A stretch of 63,996 bases of DNA, the filler included, from Basidiobolus ranarum (taxonomy: Eukaryota): assembly GCA_040143965.1 (NCBI GenBank). It is 3 parts of 3 records of this genome, joined end to end, with 100 filler letters (N's around TTAATTAATTAA, not from the genome) between each part and the next. Parts side by side here need not be neighbours in the genome. Positions count along the whole stretch, not along the records: positions 23,665 to 47,107 come from JASJQH010000165.1; 2 more parts are not named here. The stretch is one strand, 5' to 3'. The notes under the pieces were generated by a model. That model was given only the letters and a program-made list of their open reading frames with translations, did no database searches and had not been told where the DNA came from. Both the position numbers and the translations under genes were made by a program. Below, one piece after another: positions 26,234 through 38,200 of the stretch. The stretch's first letter is position 1. Each line of letters starts with the position of its first letter.

Positions 26234-26610
26234 GGTGTCCTATTTGCATGAAAGAAGGACTTGAAATTCACCTCCAGTGCACTGAGTTTAAACGAGGATG
26301 CATCACTAAATTCCAAGTCATTATGACGTTGAATATATTAGTACCTGAACAACAATTACCCGAATTGCTCATTTGTTGCATTTGCTTAGTGGTCAACATC
26401 AGAAATCAATTCTATTTATGGCGAACACAATATAAATGCTAGAAACAATAAACTAAATCTTGTTTAATATAAAAGTGGCCTTCGGTATACATAAATGAGG
26501 TATTGTAAAGGAATTGTAGCTATAATGAGTTCTTAATCGTTTTTGAACCTCTAGAGAATTCAGAACCATATGAAGTTGTAATAAACGATAGTCTAAATAA
26601 TTCTATTGAT

Positions 26611-27606
26611 TTACCCTAAAATATTGTTCATTCCCAACACACCATTGACTGTTTCCTTAATACCACCGACTGTCTCTTTAAGCTGTTTGCCTAAACAAAT
26701 CACTCCATGACCGGAAGTTCCTCCAATATTACCATTGACATCTATATCGTTACATGCATCGGCATTTGGTTGAGGTTGTACTAAGGCCTGTGTTGCAGTA
26801 TCAGTCTGAGGTAAAGGATTAGGAGTTGAAGGCTGAGCATTGGTTGAGTCAGTTGCTCCACTAAGGTTAGGGTTGGAATTGTCAGTAGCTGGTTGCTCCA
26901 CAGTTTCTGCAGCTGGTTCTGTGGAGGTTGTACTTAATGAAGAATCACTCTCCTGGTCTTCATGATGGCGATGAGAGCCCTTGTGGTTATCCCTACTGTC
27001 TTCATCATATTTTTCTCCATACTCATCATTATCGTCTCCACCGTATCCTTTATTCCTATGTGACTTGTGCTTTCTGTAGTCATCATCATCATACCTCTCC
27101 CCATCTCCATGTCCATTGTGATGCCTTCTTCCACCACCGTCTCCGTTGTAATCTTTGGTACCGTAATATCCAGCTTCACCTTTACCGTCGTAGCCCTTAT
27201 CATAGCCGCTTCCTTTGCCGCTACTACCATAATCAACGCTATCGTATGATTTTACATAATCACCACCATGCCCACCACCATAACCGCCTTTCTCGCCATT
27301 TCCTTCACCATAGCCATGATTTTCACCATGTCCACCACCGTAACCGCCATTCCCACCTCCACCACCATAAGCATTATTTCCACCATGTCCACCACCTCCT
27401 CCATTGTACTCACCGCCGTAACCCGTGGTATCATACTGCTTTACCTTACCATCATATCTCTCATTACCGCCACTACCACCGCCTTTTCTGTAGTCACTTG
27501 CTTTCGAAAGCTGATCATCAACATTATAGCCTCTGGGGATATAGATACCAAAAACTGTGGAAACGGTAGAAAGCAAGAATAGTGTTTCATAGGCAAAAAA
27601 CTTCAT
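26611..27606 (-). CDS. Secreted Gly/Tyr/Asp-rich low-complexity protein, copy A (331 aa)
   Basis: Signal peptide, GGY/GGH repeats, His/Lys/Asp-rich middle, S/T/P linker and a conserved C-terminal two-Cys motif. Paralog of 28412-29605. Confidence 0.85.
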   Translation of the reverse strand: MKFFAYETLFLLSTVSTVFGIYIPRGYNVDDQLSKASDYRKGGGSGGNERYDGKVKQYDTTGYGGEYNGGGGGHGGNNAYGGGGGNGGYGGGHGENHGYGEGNGEKGGYGGGHGGDYVKSYDSVDYGSSGKGSGYDKGYDGKGEAGYYGTKDYNGDGGGRRHHNGHGDGERYDDDDYRKHKSHRNKGYGGDDNDEYGEKYDEDSRDNHKGSHRHHEDQESDSSLSTTSTEPAAETVEQPATDNSNPNLSGATDSTNAQPSTPNPLPQTDTATQALVQPQPNADACNDIDVNGNIGGTSGHGVICLGKQLKETVGGIKETVNGVLGMNNILG

Positions 27607-28411
27607 TATGGAAACCTAAAAAGGAGTATTCAAAGTGATTCAAGTTGCTGAGGTTGTAATGAAGTAAGGATACTAATTGATATGTACTTTTGGGATGTGA
27701 TCAAGTTATATATCTTTCTCAAAAGTTTTGGAGGTATGGATCATCATCACATATTATGGGTGTGATTATTCTCCAAGTCTGCATTCATATGCGTTAAATA
27801 ATCAGCAAGTAGCCAAATTGCATGCTTACCATTTTCTCATGATAAGCACATAATAGAACGAGGTACCTCTGAGCTGGCGATCAATCCCATGTGCATTTCG
27901 ATTGTTGGTATGTGAAGATACGATAGGCGAAGGATTTCTCACTAGTTTATGGTATTTGACATGATTAGATCAACGCAACAATAGACAAATATTTCTAATA
28001 ATTGAAATCTGACCTTTGGCATGCGTCAAGGTACACTTTGATATTTCTTCGATTAATACTTCTCTGCGCACACTTTGTCAGAATTATGCAAACATATTTC
28101 CAACCTCTAATGAAGAATATATAATATTTATGCTTTACAGATCCTTCTCATATCGGAAAAAACTATTTTTGTAGTTGACATTATCCACGTTTCTGTTGGG
28201 TGATTAGCAATTATCATTGCATTATTCAACTATTAAAAGTAAACTAACACTGTACATATTTGGTATAAAAGCACTTGCAATATTTCAAATCTGTTAGCAA
28301 AGTTTAATTTATTGAAATCTAATATATATTCTAATTTAGTTGCATAGGTGAGTTTCTGGGTATAAACGATAAAATTTGGGGAATCATTTCAATAAATGAA
28401 TATGGTTTGAA

Positions 28412-29605
28412 TTATCCTAAAATATTATTCATTCCCAACACACCATTGACAGTTCCCTTAACACTACCGACGGTTTCTTTAATACCACCCACTGCCCCTT
28501 TAAGCTGCTTGCCTAAACAAATCACTCCATGACCGGAAGTTCCTCCGATGTTACCATTGACATCTATATCGTTACATGCATCGGCATTTGGCTCGGCATT
28601 GAGTTGAGGCAAAGCCTCGGTTGCTGTATCAGTCTCAGGTAAAGGGTTAGGAGCTGAAGGTTGGATATTGATCGAATCGGCCACTCCACTAAGGTTAGAG
28701 TTAGTATTATCAACGACCGGCTGCTCAGGAACCTCTGCAGCTGGTTCCGTGGAGATCGTGCTCGAAGAAGGCTCACTCTCCGAGTTCGTGTGGTGGCGAT
28801 GCGAGTCTCTATAATCATCCTTGTCTCCATCATCTGAGTAATTCTCTTCATAGTCATCACCACGGTACTTTCCTTTATATTCGTCATCACCGTCACCACT
28901 GTATCCTTTATTCTTGTGTTTCCTATGGCTTTTAGAGTAATCACCATTACCGGAATAATCATCACCATCATATTTTCCCTTGTATTCGTCGTCGCCATCA
29001 CCATCACCATTATATCCCTTATTTTTGTGTTTCTTGTGATTTTCAGAGTAATCACCATCGCCATTCCCGTCATAGTACTTGCTTTCCTTTCTTCGGCCAT
29101 CATAATCAGCTTCACCTTTACCATCATAACCTTTATGATAGTCGCCCCCTTTACCGTTACCATATGATTTTACATGACCACCGCCGTAACCATCCTTCTC
29201 TCCTTTACCAGTATTATAAGCATTTACGCCACCATAATTGTTGCCGTGGCCACCACTATAGTCCCCATTATTGCCACCATCGCCCCTGTAGCCGCCATGA
29301 TTACCGCCGTTGCCATCATATCCATTGTTGTTTCCGCCATTGCCGCCATAGAAACCATTGTTATTACCGTTACCGCCATAGCCATTGTGGCCACCGCCGT
29401 TATTATTATATTTAGCTTCACCTGCTCCGTAGCCGTTTCCTTCATAATTGCCATGATTACCACCATCACCGTTATTACCTCCTGCTGAATAATCGACGCC
29501 CTTCTGAAGTTGGTCAGCAACATCGTAAGCTCTAGGAATAAATGAACCAAGGACGGAGGAGACAGCAGACAAAATAAAAAGAGATTGAGATGTCGAGAAC
29601 TTCAT
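28412..29605 (-). CDS. Secreted Gly/Asn/Tyr-rich low-complexity protein, copy B (397 aa)
   Basis: Same architecture as copy A. GYxGNGGN repeats, a duplicated HKKHKNKGY-GDGDDEY-KGKY block, and an identical CNDIDVNGNIGGTSGHGVICLGKQLK. Confidence 0.85.
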   Translation of the reverse strand: MKFSTSQSLFILSAVSSVLGSFIPRAYDVADQLQKGVDYSAGGNNGDGGNHGNYEGNGYGAGEAKYNNNGGGHNGYGGNGNNNGFYGGNGGNNNGYDGNGGNHGGYRGDGGNNGDYSGGHGNNYGGVNAYNTGKGEKDGYGGGHVKSYGNGKGGDYHKGYDGKGEADYDGRRKESKYYDGNGDGDYSENHKKHKNKGYNGDGDGDDEYKGKYDGDDYSGNGDYSKSHRKHKNKGYSGDGDDEYKGKYRGDDYEENYSDDGDKDDYRDSHRHHTNSESEPSSSTISTEPAAEVPEQPVVDNTNSNLSGVADSINIQPSAPNPLPETDTATEALPQLNAEPNADACNDIDVNGNIGGTSGHGVICLGKQLKGAVGGIKETVGSVKGTVNGVLGMNNILG

Positions 29606-30991
29606 TGTTTATGTTAAATCCTCGATTTCTGATTGGTGCAGATTTGATATAGAAGGTATATGTTTTGAAACTTTCTAGACAAGTTTGATTGGTATCAGTT
29701 AAATTAAAAGATCTAAAAAAAAGTCGGTTGCTTTTGTATTGGAAGATGTTGTGGAAAGAACTTGGACTCCCCGTATTTATAGATGCTTCTTTAACACTAC
29801 GGAAATGATCTAAACGTGGAGATATCTGCAACTTACATCAGTAAGTAAATAGTTAAGGATACTCCTGCACAATCATGTTTACAATATGTTGTTCATCTCA
29901 TGCCCTTTGCATAGTTGCCAATCGATTGCACATTGTGACTTATCATGATTGTGTTCCTCAGATAATAGTAAGTACTGAAATTTAGATTGTACATGAGCCG
30001 TTTACTGCTAATACATACACAAGCCTACAAGTGTTCCTGACTTTTTCAGATCGATGTTGTGGGTGTGATCACTACAGTCACTAAGTCACTCATTTTAACC
30101 ACTCATTTCACCAAATGGGGATTTAGCAGTGACATGATCTAGGAACAGCATTATAACATGGGGTTGAAACAATATTAAAGCGATTTGTATATTAGTATAA
30201 AAAACAATGCAGTGGGATTGAAACATTTATAAGAGTGGATAATTCGCTATTAATCAATCTACATCATAACATACTGGTATATTTAATGATATAGAATATT
30301 CTTTCACGATCAAAAAGTTAGATTACCAGGGCTATACCCTAGATGACTTGTTGATTCGAGAAAATATGGAAAAAAATCGAGTATATAAATTGCAACTATT
30401 TTCTTAGTAACGATCACACACAAACCCAATTTCTTTCGGACTCATTTTCCATCAGCTGGTGGTCGTAGTGTGGTCTCTGGTTTTGGTTGGGAATAGTTTT
30501 GGTTTCGACCGCATGTCTCTTAACTAGAATTGTCTTCGGTTATCATTTTCCTTAGACATACTAGTAAAGAGTTAAATCACACTCAACGCTACTATACATA
30601 AATTACTTTATTCAACATCATACAGGTATTAATCCTGTTTAAACATTTGAAACATGAGTACGACAAGTTTGCACTTGTATGGTTATATTTGAGAATATAG
30701 TATTCGCATCAACCAACTATCTTCTGGCAAATCAAATGTAAGGTGACTAGCTGAAGAGAACGATGATAAAAAGAGTGAAATGCAAAATCAAATAAAGCCA
30801 ATAAAAGAGAATTTTCTTAATAGAACATAATCATCAGCTGCTTTCTTACATGAAGGTAAGAACTTTCGCATTACGAGGCAGATAAAATTCAATGTCGATG
30901 CATAATCAAATCTACTTTGAACCATTATAAATATATTTCCCATTTCGACCTTTTTAACTTCAATAAATAGTAATAGAACCAATTGTAACTG

Positions 30992-31429
30992 ATGGCAATG
31001 AAATACAAGAAAGATAGACGCTCAGTTCCTTTTCAGATCTCCAATTTACCCACCCATCAGCTCACACCTACGGAGGCTGGCTCGTACTACCTGGTTCCCC
31101 AAGGCTATCGAGTACTTCTGGTTCAAAAAGAGACCTTAACTCAGCCAAGGAGTCGCACAAACAAACCTGTCAAGGCTTATCTTCCAGCATCAAAGAAAGT
31201 TATACCTATGCCGGCCATAGCAACGAACCAGAAGAAACATACTCTTGATATCGATAGCAGCGAATTTGGACAAAATACCTCGTTATGGCAAAACGCCTAT
31301 TCGAATTATATCTCCCTCAAAATGGAGGAACTATCCAAGTGTAATATACATGGAGAGTCTGCTTCCCGCCTAATAACTGTGTTATGGCAAAAGATGACAG
31401 CCGAAGAACGTCTACGTTTTCAATATTAG
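30992..31429 (+). CDS. Small protein ending in a divergent, apparently truncated HMG-box-like motif
   Basis: NAYSNYI...ASRLITVLWQKMTAEERLRF resembles the HMG consensus NAF..F...ISK.L...WK.MT.EEK..Y. Confidence 0.55.
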   Translation: MAMKYKKDRRSVPFQISNLPTHQLTPTEAGSYYLVPQGYRVLLVQKETLTQPRSRTNKPVKAYLPASKKVIPMPAIATNQKKHTLDIDSSEFGQNTSLWQNAYSNYISLKMEELSKCNIHGESASRLITVLWQKMTAEERLRFQY

Positions 31430-32895
31430 TTAATAAACCTTTTAATTTAGTCCTATTGTATCTGATAATTTATGTATTAAATTACTCACCAAATCATGCC
31501 GGTTTCTCATCTGTAGAAGGAAGGGTTACTTCCTTAACGACTGAGATTATAAATAAACTTCTAACTTGCAATAATTCTATGGCTTTAAAGGATTGGTAGG
31601 TAAATCTCTTTCGAAAGCCCTAACCAGAGGTCGTGTATCTTTTGTCTAATCCTTGGATTCGGGACCCCAAGTAGCGCACTCAAAGTATATTCTGGAACTT
31701 GAGCTTTAAATGGTATATTTGTAAACCATTACAAATCTAGTCGTTAATTAGGAAGATGCCGATCCTTTAGAAAAGTTTCAGAGCTGGGCTCCATTACACG
31801 AGTGATTAATTAAAATAGGTAATTTAACTCTTGAATGCCAAGGTTTCTAGTACCTAATGCGCCACCAAAACCGATCAACGAAGAAGAATCGAACGTTGTC
31901 TACAAATAATCAAGATAAACATGAACTTGACCACATGTACAAATTAGGGCGGTAAAATACCCGGTAATTACCCTTCAAAATTTTACAATACAGATGCATC
32001 CACATGTAGGTTGTTTGTTTGTCCGTAAGTTAGCTCACAAATTGCCCAATCTATCTATAAATCTACACAAGGCATGTGATTTCCATGTATTTCTTCTGTG
32101 TACAATTATCGGTAATAAGCGTTGTCCGTAATGACGCCTGTACGTAGCATTTGAAATCTCGGTAACACCAAATTTAAATATCCGTCTTGGTGACATCAGC
32201 AAAGTAGAGTCCAAGAATTCTGAAGGCTATGCAGATAGTTTGCGACCCACCTGGCCCGTTATATATCATGGCATATGTGTGAAATGGTTTATTTCGAATA
32301 GTTTTCCATTTAAAGCCCATCGAAAAGGGTATTCGGGAGAATGTGAGAAATTCGGATTCGTTAAGTAATAATCAGGAAATCATGTGGAATAATAAGTTGC
32401 AGCCAATGGTAGTGGTGCAAGTATCATTGGTAATCTTCCAAATAGTACTCCAATAGTACCCCCTAATACGAGGTTTATGAGATGTTGGGGTTAATAGTTA
32501 CACGCTGAATCTTGGACAAAATAGACCTGGTATTTGCTAATAATAAGCGCATCAACCATTATGATTTGAGTTTGATATTATAACGCCCTATCCACATTGG
32601 AACTGGACGCCTAGTTCCCTATTTTGAAGGATTTGGAGTTTGGTATACCAAATAATACATTTGAAAATTCTTCTGAATTCCTTTCGATTGCCATAAAAGG
32701 AATAGTGGTTGGGTTTTTTAATGCCGTTTCCTAGATGGAAGTATATTAAATGGAGTTGAGTACAAAGTGACGATACTGAGGGGGCGGACGTCGAAAATAG
32801 AATGTGAAGGGGTCTTCTATAGTTTGATGGAATGAGTTTGTGATAGGTCGAGAGCAGAAGCTGGAGTGATGTGAACAAGTCATAGCTAAGCAAGA

Positions 32896-33774
32896 CTAGC
32901 CGTTGTAGTGATGCGTGAACGTATGGACCCATGTTTTCCGTCTTCGGGGACTTCTTGCTCGCTGGTTAGGAGTATAGTGCAGTCTCAGATGTCGTCTCAT
33001 ATTAGACTCCACTGAGAAGCGTTTACTGCATCCCTCAAAGGAACAGTGAAAAGGCTTTTCTCCTGTATGGGAATACATGTGAGTTCGTAATGTACTAGGT
33101 CGTTGAAACTCTCTTCGACAAACAGTGCATCTATATCCTTTTTCTTCGATTGGTGGATTGAGCGAGCTTTGAAAATGTACAAATTTTAGCTTCTGAAATT
33201 CAATCAAGGAATTGATCGCAGTATTAGTGGAAAGGGTTTCGGGAGAGGCGCTAAATGTGCTTTGTATGGGTGAATTATTGATAGAATGTTGGGAAGACTC
33301 TCCATGATGGCCATTAGGATCATCAAAAGAGCATTCCTGAGGGTCCGGATTGAGTAGAAAATTGATATCGAAGGGAGATATAGAATCGTCATCATAATTA
33401 GAAAATGATTCTTCAGAATCCTCAGACAGGCTCCCCTCTCGAGAATCATTCTCCGCCACTATACTTTGGCAATTGCGGGTATATTCTAGGTGCTTGAGTT
33501 CACCTGTTTGATCCTCCTTCGAGGATTGCATGTTCAGGTTGCGGGATGTTATACTATAAACGGGCGTTTGACTATCGGTCTTAATTAAAGAAACTGTTTG
33601 TTGATATCGATCATCTGTCGCACACAAACTGTGGTTAGAAGACGGATTACGGGACGGTTCGTATCGAGCACATATACATGACCCTGAGTTTTTTTCTTTA
33701 CATGATTTTATGTGGGTTTTGGAAAGTTCGATAGCCTGTTGGTTGTCTTGAATAATTTTTCTCGGCAAATTCAT
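32896..33774 (-). CDS. Two-finger C2H2 zinc-finger transcription factor (MtfA/FlbC-like finger pair)
   Basis: CTVCRREFQRPSTLRTHMYSH-TGEKPF-HCSFEGCSKRFSVESNMRRHLRLH, preceded by an acidic/Ser-rich N-terminus. First ATG is at 33774. Confidence 0.9.
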   Translation of the reverse strand: MNLPRKIIQDNQQAIELSKTHIKSCKEKNSGSCICARYEPSRNPSSNHSLCATDDRYQQTVSLIKTDSQTPVYSITSRNLNMQSSKEDQTGELKHLEYTRNCQSIVAENDSREGSLSEDSEESFSNYDDDSISPFDINFLLNPDPQECSFDDPNGHHGESSQHSINNSPIQSTFSASPETLSTNTAINSLIEFQKLKFVHFQSSLNPPIEEKGYRCTVCRREFQRPSTLRTHMYSHTGEKPFHCSFEGCSKRFSVESNMRRHLRLHYTPNQRARSPRRRKTWVHTFTHHYNG

Positions 33775-35205
33775 CAAAGTAGGTGAAGGGAGGGATGTGA
33801 GTGCTTTCTAGGAAGGTGCGAATATCTATTTATTGAGGCGTCGTCTTCTCTTGTACGAAAGAGCTGGAAGCAAGTCAGTTAACACCAAGAATAACTGAGA
33901 GATACGGCACATTAAATGAAAACTAAATATCTCGATTCGTAATTGCTAGATAACTGGCATGAATATTTACACTTTCTTGTCCCTCTAGTATCGTTCGGAA
34001 TAGCGAAGGTAAAGAGCAGTTAATGTTTGATGGCCGATATCTAGTTTAGAAATCTCACTATGTCAGATATTGTAAGTAAAGTTTTCACAAGTGAAGAAAA
34101 GTTTATGAACTAGAGAGAAGTTGAAATACAATGGGAAGAAAAGGATAAAAAGAAGGAGGGACAAAAACAAGAACGGATGTAGTTTATATTCTTGCGCTGC
34201 ATCTGGCCTATCCGTTTTGATCACCTTCAACCAACCAAATCAAGTGAAATCATAGACACTCTAGAAAATGGAATTAAAGGGATCATTCTAATATTTATAA
34301 AGTCAGTACGGGATAACAAAGCCTCTTCCCTCAGTGGATTTACACAAACGGATCTATATGCAAACCTAGCCAGTTTTCTGTCAAAACAGAATATACTCCA
34401 TTTAGATTTGAAATCAACTGAATGCATTTCATGAGTAATTTACTATATAGTGACATATTAGACTTGGTCAAGAAATATAACCTTGGCGCTCACTAACCTT
34501 CTATGAGTGCTAAGTGTTCACACGAATTTATCTTATTCTATTTAATTAATCCGGGCCTCGTTATTGCCTTATTAGCATTACTTTTGTTGTAATGACACTG
34601 CATGATTCAACAATTCCGCTATTGAGCGTCGTTGGGATGTAAGTGTATATACTAAATATGGTATTTTGAAATCAAAATAAGGTTTTATCCTAACCTAGAG
34701 CAAGTTACCATTTACCACACTTACTATTTTAGGAATCTACCACTGAACATACCATGCTATGGAGGTTGCTAGTATTTTTATTGTAAGATGGCAAGTTTTG
34801 AAAGTAGCGATTCATCGAGACTTCTTAGTACACTCAGATAGCCCATAGCCCATGCTGGTCGAGATGGTTCGATGTATTGTGAAAATTGAATGGGTTGAAT
34901 GGGTCATTGGTGCCCGTCTAGTGGCTTTAGAATTAAACAGAAAGCTTGCGAATCAGATTAACGACACTTGTATGGATAAAAAGAAAATTTCGTTTATATA
35001 GCCAATAGCAATTAAGGTAAAGGCAATGGCAGTGGTAATTTATCGAGACAAGATGTAAATGATAAGGTTAACCTAAAATCAAATGAAAATAGTATATGAA
35101 CAGTCACAGAGCAGTGGGTTGTTTTAAAGTAGGTGAAGAAAAATAAAGATTTACAAATATCAATGTTCTGGAACTATGGATGGCTCAAGAGATGTGGGAA
35201 CAAAA

Positions 35206-38200
35206 TTAACCAACCCAGCATCTAACATTTCTAAACATTCTCAACCAGGGTCCATCATCACTCTCAAGATCGTGAAGTGGATACCAAGAATGCGTTGACT
35301 TGCGGATTACTCTCTCAGGGTGCGGCATCATAGCCAAGACACGGCCATTTGGTGTTGTGACACCGGTGACACCTAAGGGACTACCGTTGGGATTCAATGG
35401 ATATTCTTCTGTCACTTTACCATAGTTGTCCACATATCGTACTGCAACAAGTTGTTGTTCATGAATGATGTTCAAATCCTCAGATTTCACAAATTCAGCA
35501 TGGCCCTCACCATGGGCAACGGCGATAGGGAATTTGGATCCTTCCATACCTTGGAAGAACACACTCTTAGTCTTTTCATTATTGACAATCTCAACCATGG
35601 AAACACGGGCTTCAAATTGCTCAGATCTATTTCTAACGAAATAGGGCCAGTTTTGAGCACCAGGGATGATTTCACGAAGGTTCGAGAAAAATTGGCATCC
35701 ATTACAAACACCGAGAGCAAATGTATCTTCCCGATTTTGGAAGAAGTTCTCGAATTCTTTACGAGCCCGTGAGTGTAGTAGAATGGACTTGGACCAACCT
35801 GCGCCGGCGCCTAAAACATCACCATAGGAGAATCCTCCACAAGCTGCAATACCCTTGAAGTCATCTAGCGTAACCTTACCAGTAAGAAGGTCACTCATAT
35901 GAACATCGACAGCGGTGAATCCAGCTTTATGGAATGCATAGGCCATTTCTATCTGACCATTAACTCCTTGTTCACGAAGAATCGCGACCTTGGGACGATA
36001 GTCTAGAGACTTGACTAGAGAAGTGGTGATATCCTCGTCAGGATTGAAAGTCAAATCAAATGAATGCCCAGGATCTTTCACATCTAAGAGACCATCATAC
36101 TCTTGCTTGGCACAGATCGAATTGTCACGTAGAGCTTGCATGCGATAGGAGGTTTCGGCCCATTGACGTTGGTATTCCACACGATCAGCGGATAACAAAA
36201 CTTGATTCAAGTGAGAGAATGTAATACGATCGCTACCGTTGTCATTAACGGTACCAATATTATGAATATTGGATGTAGGGAAACCTGCCTCCTTCATGAT
36301 GTTCACGAACTCTTCTACGTGTTCATCTAAAATTTGAACAACACCACCAAGCTCTTCGTTGAAGAGAATGGCTACCGGGTCATTGCCTAGAGAATCAAGG
36401 CGGATGGAAGCTCCGGCATGGCCGGCAAAGCACATTTCCGCAACAGTAGCAAACAAACCACCATCGGATCTGTCGTGGTACGCGAGAATTAGATTCTTGT
36501 ACTCGTCGTTACGAGCAGCTTGCATACCCTTGAAGAAGGAGATCAAGAGTTCAGGGCTTTCAACGTTGGGTGCTTCATCACCAATTTGTTTGTAAACCTG
36601 AGCAAGGGCAGATCCGCCTATGCGTTGCTTACCGTTGGCTAAATCGATAAAGACAAGGGTACTGCGACCAAGGCCTGTACGTAGTTGTGGGGTAAGTGTC
36701 TTTCTGACATCGGCAACTGTAGCAAATCCAGTAATAATCAGAGATAAGGGAGAGGTCACAGTGGTTTGTTTATCGTTTTCACGCCAAGTCATCTTCATCG
36801 ACATGGAGTCTTTGCCAACAGGAATGCTGATGCCAAGTTTTGGACAAAGGTCAAGACCAATGGCTTCAACAGCAGCATATAATCCAGCACCTTCACCCTC
36901 ATGACCGGCAGCACTCATCCAGTTAGCAGAGAGTCGAATTTTACCAATATCATCAATATTAGCAGCAACCAAGTTAGTAATGGTCTCACCAACAGCCATC
37001 TTGGCAGATGCGACAAAATCGATTAAAGCCAGAGGAGTACGCTCGCCCATTGCCATAGCTTCACCGGTGATAGTGTCATAAGATGTAGAGGTAACGGCCA
37101 CATCTGCGACGGGAACTTGCCATGGTCCGACAAACTGATCTCTGGTAACCAATCCAGTTATAGAACGATCACCAATGGTGATCAAGAAAGATTTACTGGC
37201 TACGGAGGGAAGGTTGAGGACACGAGTGGCAGCATCATTCAACATCGCCCCGATACCAGAAGTTACAGAAATATAAGAGGCCAAAGATGTATCAAATTTG
37301 GCACGAGGTGGCTTGACGGTCTCGGTCGTACGGCTCATTTTGGGAGCTTTTCCAAAAAGAATAGACATAGGTAGGTCAATTGGGGTGCTACCATTTAGTG
37401 AATCAACCAAAACGAACTTTTTCTCCTCGGTGACATCACCAACGACAGCGAAGGGACAACGTTCACGCTTGGCAATCTCTTCGAAAATAGACAATTTATC
37501 TAAAGACACAGCAAGAACATATCTCTCCTGAGATTCGTTACACCAAATCTCCATTGGAGACATGCTAGGATCATCAACAAGGATGTTTCTTAACTGAACA
37601 ACAGCTCCCAAGTCGCAATCGTGAACGATTTCTGGGAGGGCATTGGAAAGACCACCAGCACCAACATCATGAATAGATTCAATAGGGTTTTGATCACCAA
37701 AAGAGGTACAAGTATCGATTACCTGTTGGCAGCGTCTTTCCATCTCTGGGTTATCACGTTGAACAGAGGCGAAGTCTAATTCTGCAGAGCTAGATCCTGA
37801 AGTCATGGAAGATGCAGCTCCACCACCGAGACCAATCAACATTGATGGACCACCAAGGACGATTAATTTGGCTCCAGGCTGAATGGAGGTTTTCAATTGA
37901 TGCACAGGACGAACATTACCCATACCACCAGCAATCATAATGGGCTTATGGTATCCACGAATTTCTTCGTCCCCATTGGCACATAAAACCTTCTCACAGT
38001 ATGTACGGAAGTAGCCTGTGAGATTTGGGCGACCAAATTCATTGTTGAAAGCAGCACCTCCTAAAGGTCCTTGAATCATGATGTCCAAAGCTGAGGCAAC
38101 ATGAGAGGGCTTACCCACGTCGACTTCCCATGGTTGTACAAAATCAGGAATCAAGAGGTTGGAAACACTAAATCCGGTAAGGCCACATTTTGGTTTAGAT

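Noticed and set aside
26928..29550. His-rich and Met/Ile/Thr-rich ORFs overlapping the Gly-rich genes
   Set aside because: Antisense and alternate-frame shadows of low-complexity GGT/GAT/TAT/AAT codon runs.
30992..33774. Idea that the HMG-like gene marks a Mucorales-type sex locus
   Set aside because: The flanking triose-phosphate transporter and RNA helicase genes are absent and the HMG box is incomplete; kept only as a weaker finding.
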